DNA of 57,844 bases from Anaeramoeba ignava BMAN (taxonomy: Eukaryota > Protista > Anaeramoebae): the NCBI GenBank assembly GCA_028826165.1, contig JAPDFW010000040.1, positions 1 to 57,844 of the forward strand, given 5' to 3'. The first letter of the stretch is position 1; every line of letters begins with the position of its first letter. The position numbers and the translations under genes are program-made. Below are positions 40,120-52,051 of this stretch, in pieces. The notes beneath the pieces are model-generated. The model saw only the letters and a list, made by a program, of their open reading frames with translations, searched no databases and was not told where the DNA came from.

Positions 40120-43100
40120 TTAGTCGCTCTCTATTGAGCTTTCCAAGGAAGAAGAATCTGGAGCATAATCTGTATCATATTCCGATTCTTTTTCCCATGA
40201 CTTTGTTTCTGATTCTGAATCTGATTCAGATATTTTCGATAGTTGATATTTCCAAGTTTTCTCTGGATTTTTTCTTAGATTTCTTCTTCTGTTATTACTC
40301 TTTATTATCTTTGTTTTTTTCTCTTTTTCATTGGTTTCTCTTTTTTTGTTCTTTTTCTTTTTCTCTTTCTTTTTCTCTTTCTTTTTCTCTTTCTTTTTCT
40401 TTTTCTTTTTCTTTTTCTTTCTTTTTCTTTCTTTTTCTTTCTTTTTCTTTTTTTTGATCTTCATTTCTTTTTGATTTGATTTCTTCTTTTTTGATTTGTT
40501 CCTTACCTTTTTGGGTTTGTTTTTATTCTCATTATCATTTTCATTATTGTTTTCATTATTAATTTCATTATTAATTTCATTATTGTTTTCATTATTAATT
40601 TCATTATTATTTTCATTATTATTTTCATTATTACTTTCATTATTATTCTCATTATTCATGTCACTTTGTTGATTTTCATTTTGATTTCTTTCTTCATTTC
40701 CAATATTCTCTTCATCTATCTCAATTGTATTCTCATCCATTATCATTTCTGATCTAATCTCAAAAGCTTTTTGAATATATTCTATAGTTTTGTCATATAT
40801 TCCCTTTCTGCTAATTTCTTTCATTAATTTAATTGTTTGTTTTATTGGATGTATTGATTTCAACCATTTATTTCTTATCTCTTGATACATTGGACATTTC
40901 CAAAGAAAATGATCCAATGTTTCTTCTTCTTCTCCACAACATGGACATTTCACATCACTATTTCTCATGTGGTGGCTATATGATTTAAGTCCATTTGTGA
41001 ATATTCTTAATTTCATTAATATAGTACTTTTTTGATATTTTAAATATGTTTTTATTTTTGGTTTTTTAGGTTCTAATTTAGTAATTTCTGAATAGGCTAT
41101 TGTTTTCCATCCTGAATTGATACTCATTTCTTGGTGCCTTGCTAAACATAAATATTTTTGGATGATTTTCAAGTTTTGATTCTCCCATATTTTATCATTT
41201 CTCTCTCTTTCATTTGTGAAGATTGGACATAATTCTTTAAGTTCTGATTTTTCAATTTTATCTAATTTTTCTCTTATTTTCCACCTACGCACATTTATTT
41301 GTGTTCTGGAACTGGGGGTATTTGTTTCATTTCGAAAGGTAAGCGTAGGTGAATGAAAGTTTATTTTTAAAATTAATTTCATGTGTTTGTTCACCATTAA
41401 ATCCATTTTTTGATATTGTTTCTTTCTGAGTATTAATGCCTCTGTGCCATAATATAGTTGTGGAAGAATCGTCATTTTATAAATTATAATTTTCAAGTGA
41501 TTAGAAATTTGGTTGGATTGTATTATAAATCTCAATTTTTGAAAAGTTTTTTCACATTTTTCTATATTATTTTCTATATGTTTCTTTGCATCAAGTATAA
41601 TCCCAAGATATTTAACATTCCTTTTTTGTTTTGTTATTATAGTTTTATTTTTATTAGGTCTTAATCCATAATTTTCAAGAATTTGTAATATTGATTGAAC
41701 TTTAGTTATGACTTTATTATAAGAATTTTTTACTAATAGTATCATATCATCAGCATACATTTGGATATGATCAACCCTTAGTTTTATTTCCTCAATTATG
41801 AAGTGACTGACCATTCCAAATATTAAAGGAGATAATGGATCTCCTTGATAAATACCACATCCATTTCCCTTATAATATTCATTTAATAGTTTTTTAATAT
41901 TATTATTGCTGATGAATTTATTAATAACTTTTCTAATTAATCCATGATCAATAGTATCAAAACATTTTTGAATGTCTATACTTATTATATATGGTTCTTT
42001 TATTTCTTTCAATTTCTTTTGTAACTCTAAGACTGCTATTCTTGTATCCATCATTTTTCTAAAACCCATTTGTTGATACGAGATGTATTCCCATATTGGT
42101 TCAATTTCTTCAAGTATTCTTTTCAAAAATATTCTCACTAAAGCATTATTTATAGATATTGGGCGATAATTTGAGATTTGGTTAGGATCCCCTTGTTTAA
42201 AGATGAACACCATTCTTCTTGAAAGCATATATTTTATTACTTCTTGGTTGGGATCTCTTATCCATTCTCTCATCATTCTGTTTACTGATTTGATAAATTC
42301 ATAATATTTTGGATGTTCTCTTTCAATGTAAGGATTTTGATACATTTCGATTTTATCATAATCACAAGTAGAACTATTTCTTGAGTTTTGAATTGTTTTT
42401 ATTAATTTATCATGGGGAAATATTTGTTTGATTGATCTTATATCAGGTTCTATATTTATTATTTTATTTTCTATTTCTTGGAGTATTGATTCTTGAACTG
42501 GAATTTTAATTTTATCTATAAGTTGTTTAAATTCTTTTTCTTTTTCATTATTATTAAATATAATATCTTTTCTAGATTTTGTTATCCTTTTTACTTCTTT
42601 CCAATAATTTGTTTTGCTTTGGTTATCTATTTCTATCCCTCTCATGGTTTCTCTCCACCTTTTCCTTAGAGCTTGTTTCCAATTATATTTATTTTTTGAG
42701 TTAAATTCTGTTAAGTTAATTCCTATCTTATTTTTTGTATTTATATGGATGATACTTCTTTTTTTGAATTTTTCTTTTACATTTTTAATTATTGAAATGT
42801 TGAGCATTGATTTCTCAGATAAATTTTGTTTTCTTAATTTTTCTATTATCATATCTTGGAATTGTTGTTTTGTCGGTTGGTAATATTCTTTTCTCTCTTC
42901 ACTCAATATATTGATTTTCTCAATTGTAACTATCATTTTATGATCTGAGAGATTTTCTTCTTGATTAATATTTACTGTTTGTGATAAAATTTCTCTATTT
43001 TGATTTTTGACGCAGAAATGATCAATATTTCTTATTGCACTATTCTCAGTATTATGTATTATTTGAGTATTAAATCTGAAATGTTTTTCCATTTCTTTGT

Positions 43101-44067
43101 CTGTTTGATTAAAATCTCCTGCTATTATATATCTTTCCTCTCCTAATTTTTCAATAATATCGTTTAATTGACTCATCATTTGAAATTGTGTTCCATGTCT
43201 CATATAGACTCCAATAATATTTAATTCTCCTATTTTAATTTGTATAATATCCTTATCTGGATGTTTTATTTCTTGAGCATATTTTGATATACATTTTTTG
43301 ATGATTATTGCTATTCCTCCTTGTGCTGTTGTTCCATATCCTTGTTTCTCAAATGAATGATAGTTTTCAAAATATAATCTTTTTCTCAAGTGAGTTTCTT
43401 GTATAATAGCAATTGTTATTCTTTGTTGGAGGAATATTTTTTCTAATTTTTGGATCTTTCCTATTTTATTTAGTCCATTGATATTTATAGATGCTATTCT
43501 GAATGAGAATTGATTTATTTTTGTTAATTTAGTTCCTTTTATTGTTTCAATTTTGTTTCCTTCTGTTGTTTTTAATTGAATTTTGAAATTTCTTGGTATT
43601 CTATTTCTTTCATTTTTACAATCTCGAAAAAGATTTAATATGTTATTTTTTCGATCCCATATCTCAGCTTGATGATTCCCTTTTTGAATGATTCTCAGTG
43701 GGTGAAAATTGTTAATAATGTTAAGAATTTCAAATATATTAAGAAATGATTTTCTGATAATTAATTTATATGAATCTAAAATTTGTAGTATCTTGTTAAA
43801 ATTTGTTTCCATATAATATTTTGAATTTCGATAATTAATTGTTTTTCTTAAATTTGTATCAATTTCCCAATTGTGTTGAATCAGAGAATCTGAAATTTCT
43901 TGTTGTAAATTGTGAGTTCTCTGATAACTATATGGATTATGTTGTTTATAAGTTTTTAAATAAGAATAATTAACGCTTTTATTTATAAATTCTTGTAAAT
44001 CTTTTTGAATTATTCTCTTTGATTTCATTTGAGGAATTGCTTTTTGTATTGTTTCTTTTGATCTCAT
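40120..44067 (-). CDS. LINE ORF2: N-terminal extension, APE endonuclease, reverse transcriptase, CCHC zinc knuckle and low-complexity tail (1315 aa)
   Basis: APE motifs SININGL, IQETH, AGDFN, IDH and SDH. RT motifs YRPIS, QMGFR, DIQKCFD, QGDPLSP, YADD and YLG. Knuckle CPCCGEEEETLDHFLWKC. Confidence 0.97.
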   Translation of the reverse strand: MRSKETIQKAIPQMKSKRIIQKDLQEFINKSVNYSYLKTYKQHNPYSYQRTHNLQQEISDSLIQHNWEIDTNLRKTINYRNSKYYMETNFNKILQILDSYKLIIRKSFLNIFEILNIINNFHPLRIIQKGNHQAEIWDRKNNILNLFRDCKNERNRIPRNFKIQLKTTEGNKIETIKGTKLTKINQFSFRIASININGLNKIGKIQKLEKIFLQQRITIAIIQETHLRKRLYFENYHSFEKQGYGTTAQGGIAIIIKKCISKYAQEIKHPDKDIIQIKIGELNIIGVYMRHGTQFQMMSQLNDIIEKLGEERYIIAGDFNQTDKEMEKHFRFNTQIIHNTENSAIRNIDHFCVKNQNREILSQTVNINQEENLSDHKMIVTIEKINILSEERKEYYQPTKQQFQDMIIEKLRKQNLSEKSMLNISIIKNVKEKFKKRSIIHINTKNKIGINLTEFNSKNKYNWKQALRKRWRETMRGIEIDNQSKTNYWKEVKRITKSRKDIIFNNNEKEKEFKQLIDKIKIPVQESILQEIENKIINIEPDIRSIKQIFPHDKLIKTIQNSRNSSTCDYDKIEMYQNPYIEREHPKYYEFIKSVNRMMREWIRDPNQEVIKYMLSRRMVFIFKQGDPNQISNYRPISINNALVRIFLKRILEEIEPIWEYISYQQMGFRKMMDTRIAVLELQKKLKEIKEPYIISIDIQKCFDTIDHGLIRKVINKFISNNNIKKLLNEYYKGNGCGIYQGDPLSPLIFGMVSHFIIEEIKLRVDHIQMYADDMILLVKNSYNKVITKVQSILQILENYGLRPNKNKTIITKQKRNVKYLGIILDAKKHIENNIEKCEKTFQKLRFIIQSNQISNHLKIIIYKMTILPQLYYGTEALILRKKQYQKMDLMVNKHMKLILKINFHSPTLTFRNETNTPSSRTQINVRRWKIREKLDKIEKSELKELCPIFTNERERNDKIWENQNLKIIQKYLCLARHQEMSINSGWKTIAYSEITKLEPKKPKIKTYLKYQKSTILMKLRIFTNGLKSYSHHMRNSDVKCPCCGEEEETLDHFLWKCPMYQEIRNKWLKSIHPIKQTIKLMKEISRKGIYDKTIEYIQKAFEIRSEMIMDENTIEIDEENIGNEERNQNENQQSDMNNENNNESNNENNNENNNEINNENNNEINNEINNENNNENDNENKNKPKKVRNKSKKKKSNQKEMKIKKKKKKEKERKRKKKKKKKKKKEKKKEKKKEKKKKNKKRETNEKEKKTKIIKSNNRRRNLRKNPEKTWKYQLSKISESDSESETKSWEKESEYDTDYAPDSSSLESSIESD

Positions 44068-44495
44068 TTTAAAATATTTTCATGTTTCTCTTGATTAGAT
44101 TGAATATTTTCAATTTCTTTCTTCTTAATTATTAATGGATTCTTAATAAAGTTATTTGAATTCAATGTTTGATAAATTATTTTTTCTATATTTTCTTTAT
44201 GTGACCGTTGATTTCGATCCGTTATTTTTTCTTTTAATTTCTCAAGTTGATTTTCTTTTGAAGTGTAACTCTCTCTTGCTTTAGATACTGTAATTGAATA
44301 ACCTTCTCTCCATGTTCTTCTTTGTTCTTTTCTTGCTTTCTTATCGTGAATTACTTTAAAGTGTCCATCGGTACTATCCTTATTCCTTCTCAAGTATCCT
44401 CTCACTATTTTATATGGTTTTAATATGTCAAAGAAGACATGTTTTGAAATTAATGGAGAGTCTGCATAAACATACAGGTTTCCCCATTTGTCCAT
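44064..44495 (-). CDS. LINE ORF1, 143 aa from the first ATG, possibly RRM-like
   Basis: Lies upstream of ORF2 with an ATGA stop/start overlap. NLYV...GHFKV...ITVSKAR resembles RRM strand spacing. The ORF-track start at 44504 is a TTG. Confidence 0.75.
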   Translation of the reverse strand: MDKWGNLYVYADSPLISKHVFFDILKPYKIVRGYLRRNKDSTDGHFKVIHDKKARKEQRRTWREGYSITVSKARESYTSKENQLEKLKEKITDRNQRSHKENIEKIIYQTLNSNNFIKNPLIIKKKEIENIQSNQEKHENILK

Positions 44496-44519
44496 TTTTT
44501 TCAAAGAAAAAAAAAAAAA

Positions 44520-45160
44520 TGAATTATTTGATTTTTTTGGAAATTGTTGAATATTATTTCTGTAAAAAAAAAGGATTATAATTATAATATATTTTGAAAT
44601 GAATATAATTAATAAATTTGATGTAATTCCCTTAAAATTATTATTTAATTTCTTCTTATAACATAATTTACTTCCTCTTTATGTATATTTGAATTGTTTT
44701 TTTTATTTATTTAATTCAATTAAAAATAAGTGTTTTTATAATAAATTACTTCTTCTTGATTATTTTCTTCTGTAACAATTAAATTAACATATCTTTTTTC
44801 TTTAATTAATACAAAATTTTCTCATTATCATTTAATTTTTTTCAATAATATTAATATAATCCTGATTAATAATATTGTTAATAATTTCATATTCTTCATT
44901 AATATTATCTTTATTTTTGATTTTTATTTTTTTCATTTAAATTTAAATATTGTTTCTATTCTTGATTAATCTCCTTTTTTTATTTATTTATTTCTCTTTT
45001 TTTCTATTTTTCTTGATTCTTATATTAGGAAATATATTTTGTTTAATATCTTTATATTTAACAATATTTATCAATTATTATCAAGATTTTCATTCAAAAA
45101 TATAAAGGAGAAATCTGCAAAAAATATATATATTTATTTCTCCAATTAATCATTTTTAAA
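44520..45160 (-). mobile_element. 5' part of the old LINE relic that was split by the intact LINE
   Basis: GGAGAAATCTGCAAAAAATATA...TTTCTCCAATTAATCATTTT near 45107-45157 matches the element 5' end at 44455-44500. Confidence 0.75.
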
Positions 45161-45271
45161 ACAAAAATAATAAACAAAATTTATTTCTTTTTATTTTTTA
45201 TTAATCTTTAATCAAATTTTTTTTTAAAAAATTAAAATACAAATAAATAAAAAACAAAATAAATCAAATAG

Positions 45272-45513
45272 GATGTAATTATTTTATAAATTTTAATTAC
45301 AATCAAAATCAATTAAAAAGAAAAAGAAAAAGAGAAAGAAATAATAATAATAATTCTTTCTTATTTAAAAATAATTTAATTAATAAAATATTTCTTTTCT
45401 TTTTTAAATATAAATTTAAATTTAAATTTTAAAAAAATAGTTGGTAAATTTTGAATAAAAAAAAAAAAAATTAATAAATTAAAATAATATAAAAATAAAT
45501 AAATAAATAGAGA
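45272..45513 (+). CDS. 3-nt microexons GAT 45272-45274 (D), TTG 45441-45443 (L), AGA 45511-45513 (R)
   Basis: TAG GAT GTAATT; TAG TTG GTAAAT; TAG AGA GTAAAA. Confidence 0.7.
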
Positions 45514-48500
45514 GTAAAAAATGATAATAACAAAAATAATAAATATTTTTATATTATTCAAACTTCTTTTTGTTTTTAAATTTCTTTCTTCCAATTTTTT
45601 TTTATATTGAAAATTAAATTATTTCATATAAATAAAATAAAATAATGAAGAGAGAAAAATTAAATAAAAGAAATATCTCCAAACTTCTTCTTATTCTTGA
45701 AACTCAAAAACAAAATAAATTTCAATTAAAAATAATTTTTAAATTTTAATAAATAAATAAAATTTTCCCAATATTTAATATTTAATTTTATTTAAATTTT
45801 ATTCTTAATTTAATTAATTTCAAAAAAAAATAATTTTAAAAGAAAAAATTGAAAAAGAAAAATTTTTTGTTTTGAGTTTTATAATGAATGAAATTCCTTT
45901 TTTTTATATATATATATATTTTATAACAAAAATTTTATCTCTTCTTCTTCTCCCTTTTTTTTTAATTAGAATTTTTTTTTTTTAAAAACAAAAAAACCAA
46001 GAATTGAAAAATTTTATTGAAAAAAAAAGAGATAAAAAAGATTATTATCATTTTATTTTTTCAAAATTAATCAAATATTTTAAATTTAATTTCCTATCTA
46101 TATTTAGAAATTCTTAAATCAAAAAACAAAAAAATAAAAATATTTCTTTTTATTTCTCTTATTATTAAAAACATAAAAATTTCTCATTTTAAATGAATAT
46201 AAATTTCCAAAATTTTATTTTATTTTTATTTATTTAAAAAATTTAAATTAATTTCTTTAGTAAATTATAAAATTGAAAAAAAAAAAGAAAACAAAAGATT
46301 ATTTTTATATTTAGAAAGAATTTATTATTCTATAATAATAATAATATCAATATAAATATAAATATCATGAAAATGTGAAAGAATTTATAGATAAGAATAT
46401 TTTTTCCTCCTATTTTATTTGAATATAAATTATAAAATTCAAATTAATTTATTTGTAAAAATATTTAATCTCAAAAGTTTAATAAATCCTCAAAAAATAA
46501 TAAAAAAAATAATAAAAAGTGGAATAATATTTAAAATATAATTTCTATAAATTAAACATTTTCAAAAAAATTATATATAATATATATAATAGAAGAAATA
46601 AGAAAAATATTTAATAATCAAAATTGAAATTATTAATAAAAAAAATATAAAATCATTTCCAAAATATTAAGAAATTATTTTCAAAGTTAACAAAAAAAAA
46701 AGCAAATAAATAAACAAAAAGATATTTTTAAATTTTGTTATAAATAAATATCTAACAATAAAAGTTATAAAAGTTATAAAAAAGAAAATTATAGAAATAT
46801 AAAGTTGATTGTTTATTTACGATTAATATTATATTATTTTTATTTTTATTTTTATTTTGGATTATATTATGGAAATTTTCAAGATTAAAAAAACAAACAA
46901 AGTATTAATTTCTCAAATTTGTTTCATTTATTTTTCTTTTTTCTTTCAAAAAAAAAAATTTAAAAAAGAATTTATTCAATAATTATTGAAATAGATATAT
47001 AGATAACAATAAATTAAGAATTTCTTCAAAAATCATTATATATAATTTTTTTTTTGAATTATAAAAACAATCAAAAAAAGAAAAAAGAATTTAATTATTC
47101 AAATTATTGAAAACAAATCAAAAATAAAACTATTCACAAATAACAAATAAAATGAAAAAGAGAAAAGATTTATCATTATCCAAAATAATAATAATAATAA
47201 TTCAAAAAAAAACAAATGAAAAGAAACAAACAATAAATATCAAATCAAAATCTTAACTTTTCAATTTTCAAAATTATAATTAATTTTAGAAAAACAAAAT
47301 TTTAATTTGATTTAAGAAGAAAAAGAAGAAAAAGAAGAAAAAAAAATTTAATAATATTTTCTATTCTTTTAATATTTGATCTAAATTATTTTTTTATGAA
47401 TTGAATTGAAATAAATTTAATTATATTTAAATTAAAAAAGAAATTATAAATAAAAAAACATCAAATAATTATTTGGATTTATATTTTCTTCATTAATTAA
47501 TTTTTTTTTTGATAGAAAAATAAAATGAAAAATGAAATAATTTTTAAACTAAAGATACAATAAAATTATTTTTTCTCTTATTATTAGAGAAAAAAAAAAT
47601 GAAAATCAAAATATATCAAAGATAATTTTTAATAATTATTTCTTGTGATGATTATTTGGAAAAAGAAATTAATTTCTAATTTTATTCAAATAATATTTAA
47701 AATCTTTTTTTATAATAATAATAATAATAAGAGAAAAAATAATTTAATCTATTCTTAATTCAATTAACATAATTTATCATTTCATTCTTTTTTAAAAAAA
47801 TTTTTTATTTAATTAAAAAATGTTAAAATATAATATAATCTGAAAAATAAAAATAAAAATAAAACTAAAAATAAAACTCTATTGGAATCATATTCAATAA
47901 ATTTCTTGATTTATCTTTCATTTTTTTTTTAGTAAATTATAAAGAAAAAAAAATTTATTTATTTATTCTTTATTTGAAATTATTTTTAATCAGAAAAAAG
48001 AAATAAAGAAAGAAAGAACTCAATTCATTTTTTTTTCTTTCCCATTATTATTATTATTAAAGATAAAAAGATAGAAGTTAATTTAATTTATTTTATTAAA
48101 GAAATTTTTAAAAATGAAGTTTTATTTTATTTTTATTTTTATTTTTATTTTTATTTTTATAATTAATTAATTAAAGTTTTAAAATTCTAATTTAATTGAT
48201 AAATTTATTGTTTTATTGAAGAAATATCAAAAAAATCAAAACTAATAAATCAAAAATGAAAATGAAAATGAAAATGAAAATGAAAATGAAAATGAAAAAA
48301 TCTTTCTATTCAAATAATTTTTTCTTTTATTTTAATTTATATTTTTATATTTATACATTTATCTCTTTTTTCTTTCAATAATAAATCAAAATTTTTTAAA
48401 ACCAAAAAAAAATTAAAAATTATTTTAAAAAATAAAAATAAAAATCAAAAATTTTAATAATTTGAAAATTAATATTAAAATATTATTATTATTATTTTTA

Positions 48501-49569
48501 TTCATTTTTTTATTGATTAACAATAATATTCCCTTTTTTTTTAATTTATTTATTATTTTTCTTTTCTTTATTAAATAATTTATATTTTTATTTATATTTG
48601 TTAAAAAAAAAGATATAAATAACAAAAAGAATAAATAGAATATAAAATATATTTTATTTTCTAAATTCTTCTTCTGAAAAAAAAAAGGGGAAAAGTAAAA
48701 GATCTAGAAAAATATTATTAATATTAATAAAATAAAGGAAAATTTAATTTAATTTAATTTTTAAAAATAAAGTGAAACAAAACAAGAAATAAATATAAAT
48801 TTATTTAAATATTAATTGAAATGAAAAGAAAAGAAAAAATTTTCAAATTAAAAAACAACAATAAATATAAATATAAAATATAAATAATATTAATAAAAAA
48901 AATGTATTTTTCTTTTATTTTTTCTTCTTATTTTTATTTTTATTTTTATTTTTATTTTTTATTTGGAATAATAAAAATTGTTTTTAAAATTAAAATTAAA
49001 ATTTAATTTAATTTAATAAATTTGAGAAAAGAAATAATTATTTATTTTTTTGTTTGGAATTATTAAATTATTTACTTTTATTTTTAAATTTAATAAAAAT
49101 AAGAATAAGAATAAGATATAAACTTATTAATGTATATTTTTTATAATTTTTAAATTTTAATCAATAAATTTATTATTTTAATTATTTTGATTATTAAAAT
49201 AAAAGAAAATTAATATAAAAAAAATCACAAAATCAAATATTATTTTTTTCAAATTCTTTTTGATTATAATAAAAAAAAATTGGAAAATAAAAGAATAATA
49301 AATTAACAATAAAAACAAAAACAAACAAACAAACAACAAGAATTAATTTCCCTTTTCCTTTTTTTTTATTTTATTTTATTGAGAAATTTTTTTAAATAAA
49401 AGTCAAAAGAAGAAAATTTATTTCAAAATTAATTAATAAAAAAAAATGAGATAAAATAATTTAATTATTTATTAATAAAAAATGAAAAAATACACAAAAA
49501 GAAAATTTTATCAATTTTTATTTTGTTTTAAAATTATTTCTTTAATTATTATTATTATTAACCAAAAAT

Positions 49570-49850
49570 TTAAAAAATAAATAATAAATAAATAAAATTT
49601 TGATTTGAAATTAATTAAATTAAAAAATAATTGAAATGTTGTAAATTTTAAAAATTTTTAAATTCAAATTTTTCAAAGGAAAAAAATTGAAATAAAAATA
49701 ATTCAAAATTATTTTTGAAAAATTTGAAAAATTTGTTTTTATTTTTAATTTAATTCATTATTTATGCAACAAATCAATTACAACAGATAACTAGGATTTT
49801 GATTAATAAAAGGAGTTAATTTCAATTTACAAGAGTAAAAATTTACAAAC
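49570..49850 (+). pseudogene. Corrupted duplicate of ankyrin exon A8 and its upstream intron
   Basis: TTCATTATTTATGC..AACAAATCAATTACAACAGATA..TAGGATTTTGATTAATAAAAGGAGTTAATTTCAATTTACAA matches 50645-50730 with indels, and the acceptor is lost. Confidence 0.75.
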
Positions 49851-49859
49851 TTTTTAAAA

Positions 49860-50463
49860 TTTTCTTTTGAGTTCACATCTCAAAAAGAAAAAGGGATCAC
49901 AATTTGAATTTCATTTTGAAGATTTTAATATGCTTTATCAACCATTAATGAATATTCTTGAAAAAATCTTCCATACCAAGCTCATGAGAAAAGTTGTTTC
50001 ATTTTAAATTTCATAATTATTTATTTTTGTTTGATTATTGAAAAAAGTTCGACTTTGATTGAAATAAACTAAGAAAATCTTAAAATCCAAAATTTGTTAG
50101 AATTTTTAATCTCTGTTCATTATTATTTTTGCAGTTCAATAAATTTTATTGAATCAAAAAATCTAATTTTTCTTCATTATCAGAAAATTAATATAAAAAA
50201 GAATTGGTTAATGATTTTATTGAGAATTTTGATAAAATTAAAATAAAATTGGAAAAAATGATCAAAAATAATTTTTCAAAATAATTCACCGAGATCCTTT
50301 TTATTTTAGGGACATTTTAAATAAAAGAAACTTCCTCATTTTATTTTCAAAATTAATCATTTGAGATTGAATCTCAATTAACATCTACGGAAAAAAATTT
50401 CGAGGATAATTTTTGCGACCAAATATAGATATAAAATTAACCAAGAGGATTCCATCCCAACTT
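49860..50463 (-). mobile_element. 5' fragment of a Harbinger-like element related to the 21.7-23.0 kb copy
   Basis: The minus strand reads KILTNFGF* and ETTFLMSLVW, against MKILTNFDL and ETTLLMTLVW. The terminus CCATCCCAACTTTAA shares the TTGGGATG terminal motif. Confidence 0.8.
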
Positions 50464-50634
50464 TAAAAATAAATAATAAATAAATAAAATTTTGATTTGA
50501 AATTAATTAAATTAAAAAAATAATTGAAATAAAAATAGGTAAATTTAATAAAAAAATTTTTTAAATTCAAATTTTTCATCATAAAAAACAATAAAAAAAA
50601 ATAATTCAAAATTATTTTTAAATTTTTTATTTAG

Positions 50635-50730
50635 GAATCTCCACTTCATTATTTATGCCAGAACAAATCAATTACAACAGATATTATTAGGATTTTGATT
50701 AATAAAGGAGTTAATTTCAATTTACAAAAA
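50635..50730 (+). CDS. Ankyrin repeat exon A8 (96 nt, phase 0-0)
   Basis: TTAG acceptor, GTAAAA donor. [32 protein letters not shown]. Confidence 0.9.
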
Positions 50731-52048
50731 GTAAAAAAAAATTTACAAAAAAAAATAAATTGAATAATAATAATAATAATCAAAATATTATTATTATTAT
50801 TAATTTTATTTCAAAAACAAAAATAAAAATAATTTAAAATTATAATTTTCTTTATGTAATAATAAAAACAAGAAATCTAAATTTTGTTTATAATTTCAAT
50901 TTTAATTTTTTTTTATTATAAAAAATAATTATTTACAAAAAAAGAAAAAAATTAAAAAAAAAAATTTGAAAGAGAAAGAGAAAGAGAAAGAAAATATTTT
51001 TATTTTTATATTTATTATTTAAAAGAATAATAATTAATAAATTTAATATATAAATTTAATTTTAATTACAAAATAATAATAATAATAAGTTTTAGATAAT
51101 TTTAAGTTATGAAATAAAAATATTATTTTATTTATAAATCTTTATTTAATAACAAATTTAAATTAATTCTTTTTAAAATAAATAAATAATTAATTAAACA
51201 CAAAAGAAACTTCAAATTATTTTTCATTTATTTAACAAAAAAAAAATGAAAAATAAAACCAAAATTTTATAAAATTCAAATAATTTTTTTTTTGATAAAA
51301 TTTTTTCAATTTGAAATGAAATGATAAAATAAAAATAAAATATTATTAATTATTATTTAGATAAGAAATTTTGAAAAGATAAATATATTTTTTATTTATT
51401 TATTTCAAATAAACAAATTAAATAAATAAAAGAATTAAAAATAATCAGAATTATTGAAAAAAAAAAGAAAGAAATTATTAATTTATAAATAAATTTATTA
51501 TTCTTAATCTAAATATTAAATATTAGAGAAAAAATAAAATAAAATTTATTTAATATTCATTTAGATTAAAATAATCAAAATTATTGAAAACAAAAACAAA
51601 AGGAAATTTTTATTTCTTTTTTCTTTAAATTATTCAAAATGATATTTTCTTTTCATATTTTTATTTTTTTTTCATTTTTAAAATTATAAAATATTAATAA
51701 ATCATTTCATTCATTTTTATTTATTTATATATTATAATTCAATTTTATTAATAATTTCCAAGTATTTATAATAAATATATAATTTTGAAAAATAAATTTT
51801 TAATCTCAAATCATAAAAAAATATTATTTATTTATTTATTAATTAAATTTAAAAACAAACAAACAAACAAACAAACAACACAAATTTATTCCAAAATAAA
51901 AAAATTTATTTCTAATAAAAAGAATATTTTTCATTTTCATTTCCTTTTTCTTTCTTTTTTTTTTTAAATTTATAAAATAATTACAAAGAAAAAAAAATAT
52001 TTAATTAATTTAATAATTATTTATTTTTGATTTAAAATTATTAAATAG

Positions 52049-52051
52049 ATT
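52049..52051 (+). CDS. 3-nt microexon ATT (Ile)
   Basis: aaaTAG ATT GTAAAT. Confidence 0.6.

Larger units (their letters stand above)
39962..44519 (-). mobile_element. Intact non-LTR retrotransposon (APE-type LINE, about 4.56 kb) with a 17-bp TSD
   Basis: TGAATTATTTGATTTTT at 39945-39961 and 44520-44536, a (TCAAAA)n 3' tail, and two intact ORFs. Confidence 0.95.

Noticed and set aside
40050-42883. + strand ORFs 40050..40457, 41458..41664 and 42614..42883
   Set aside because: They are antisense shadows of LINE ORF2.
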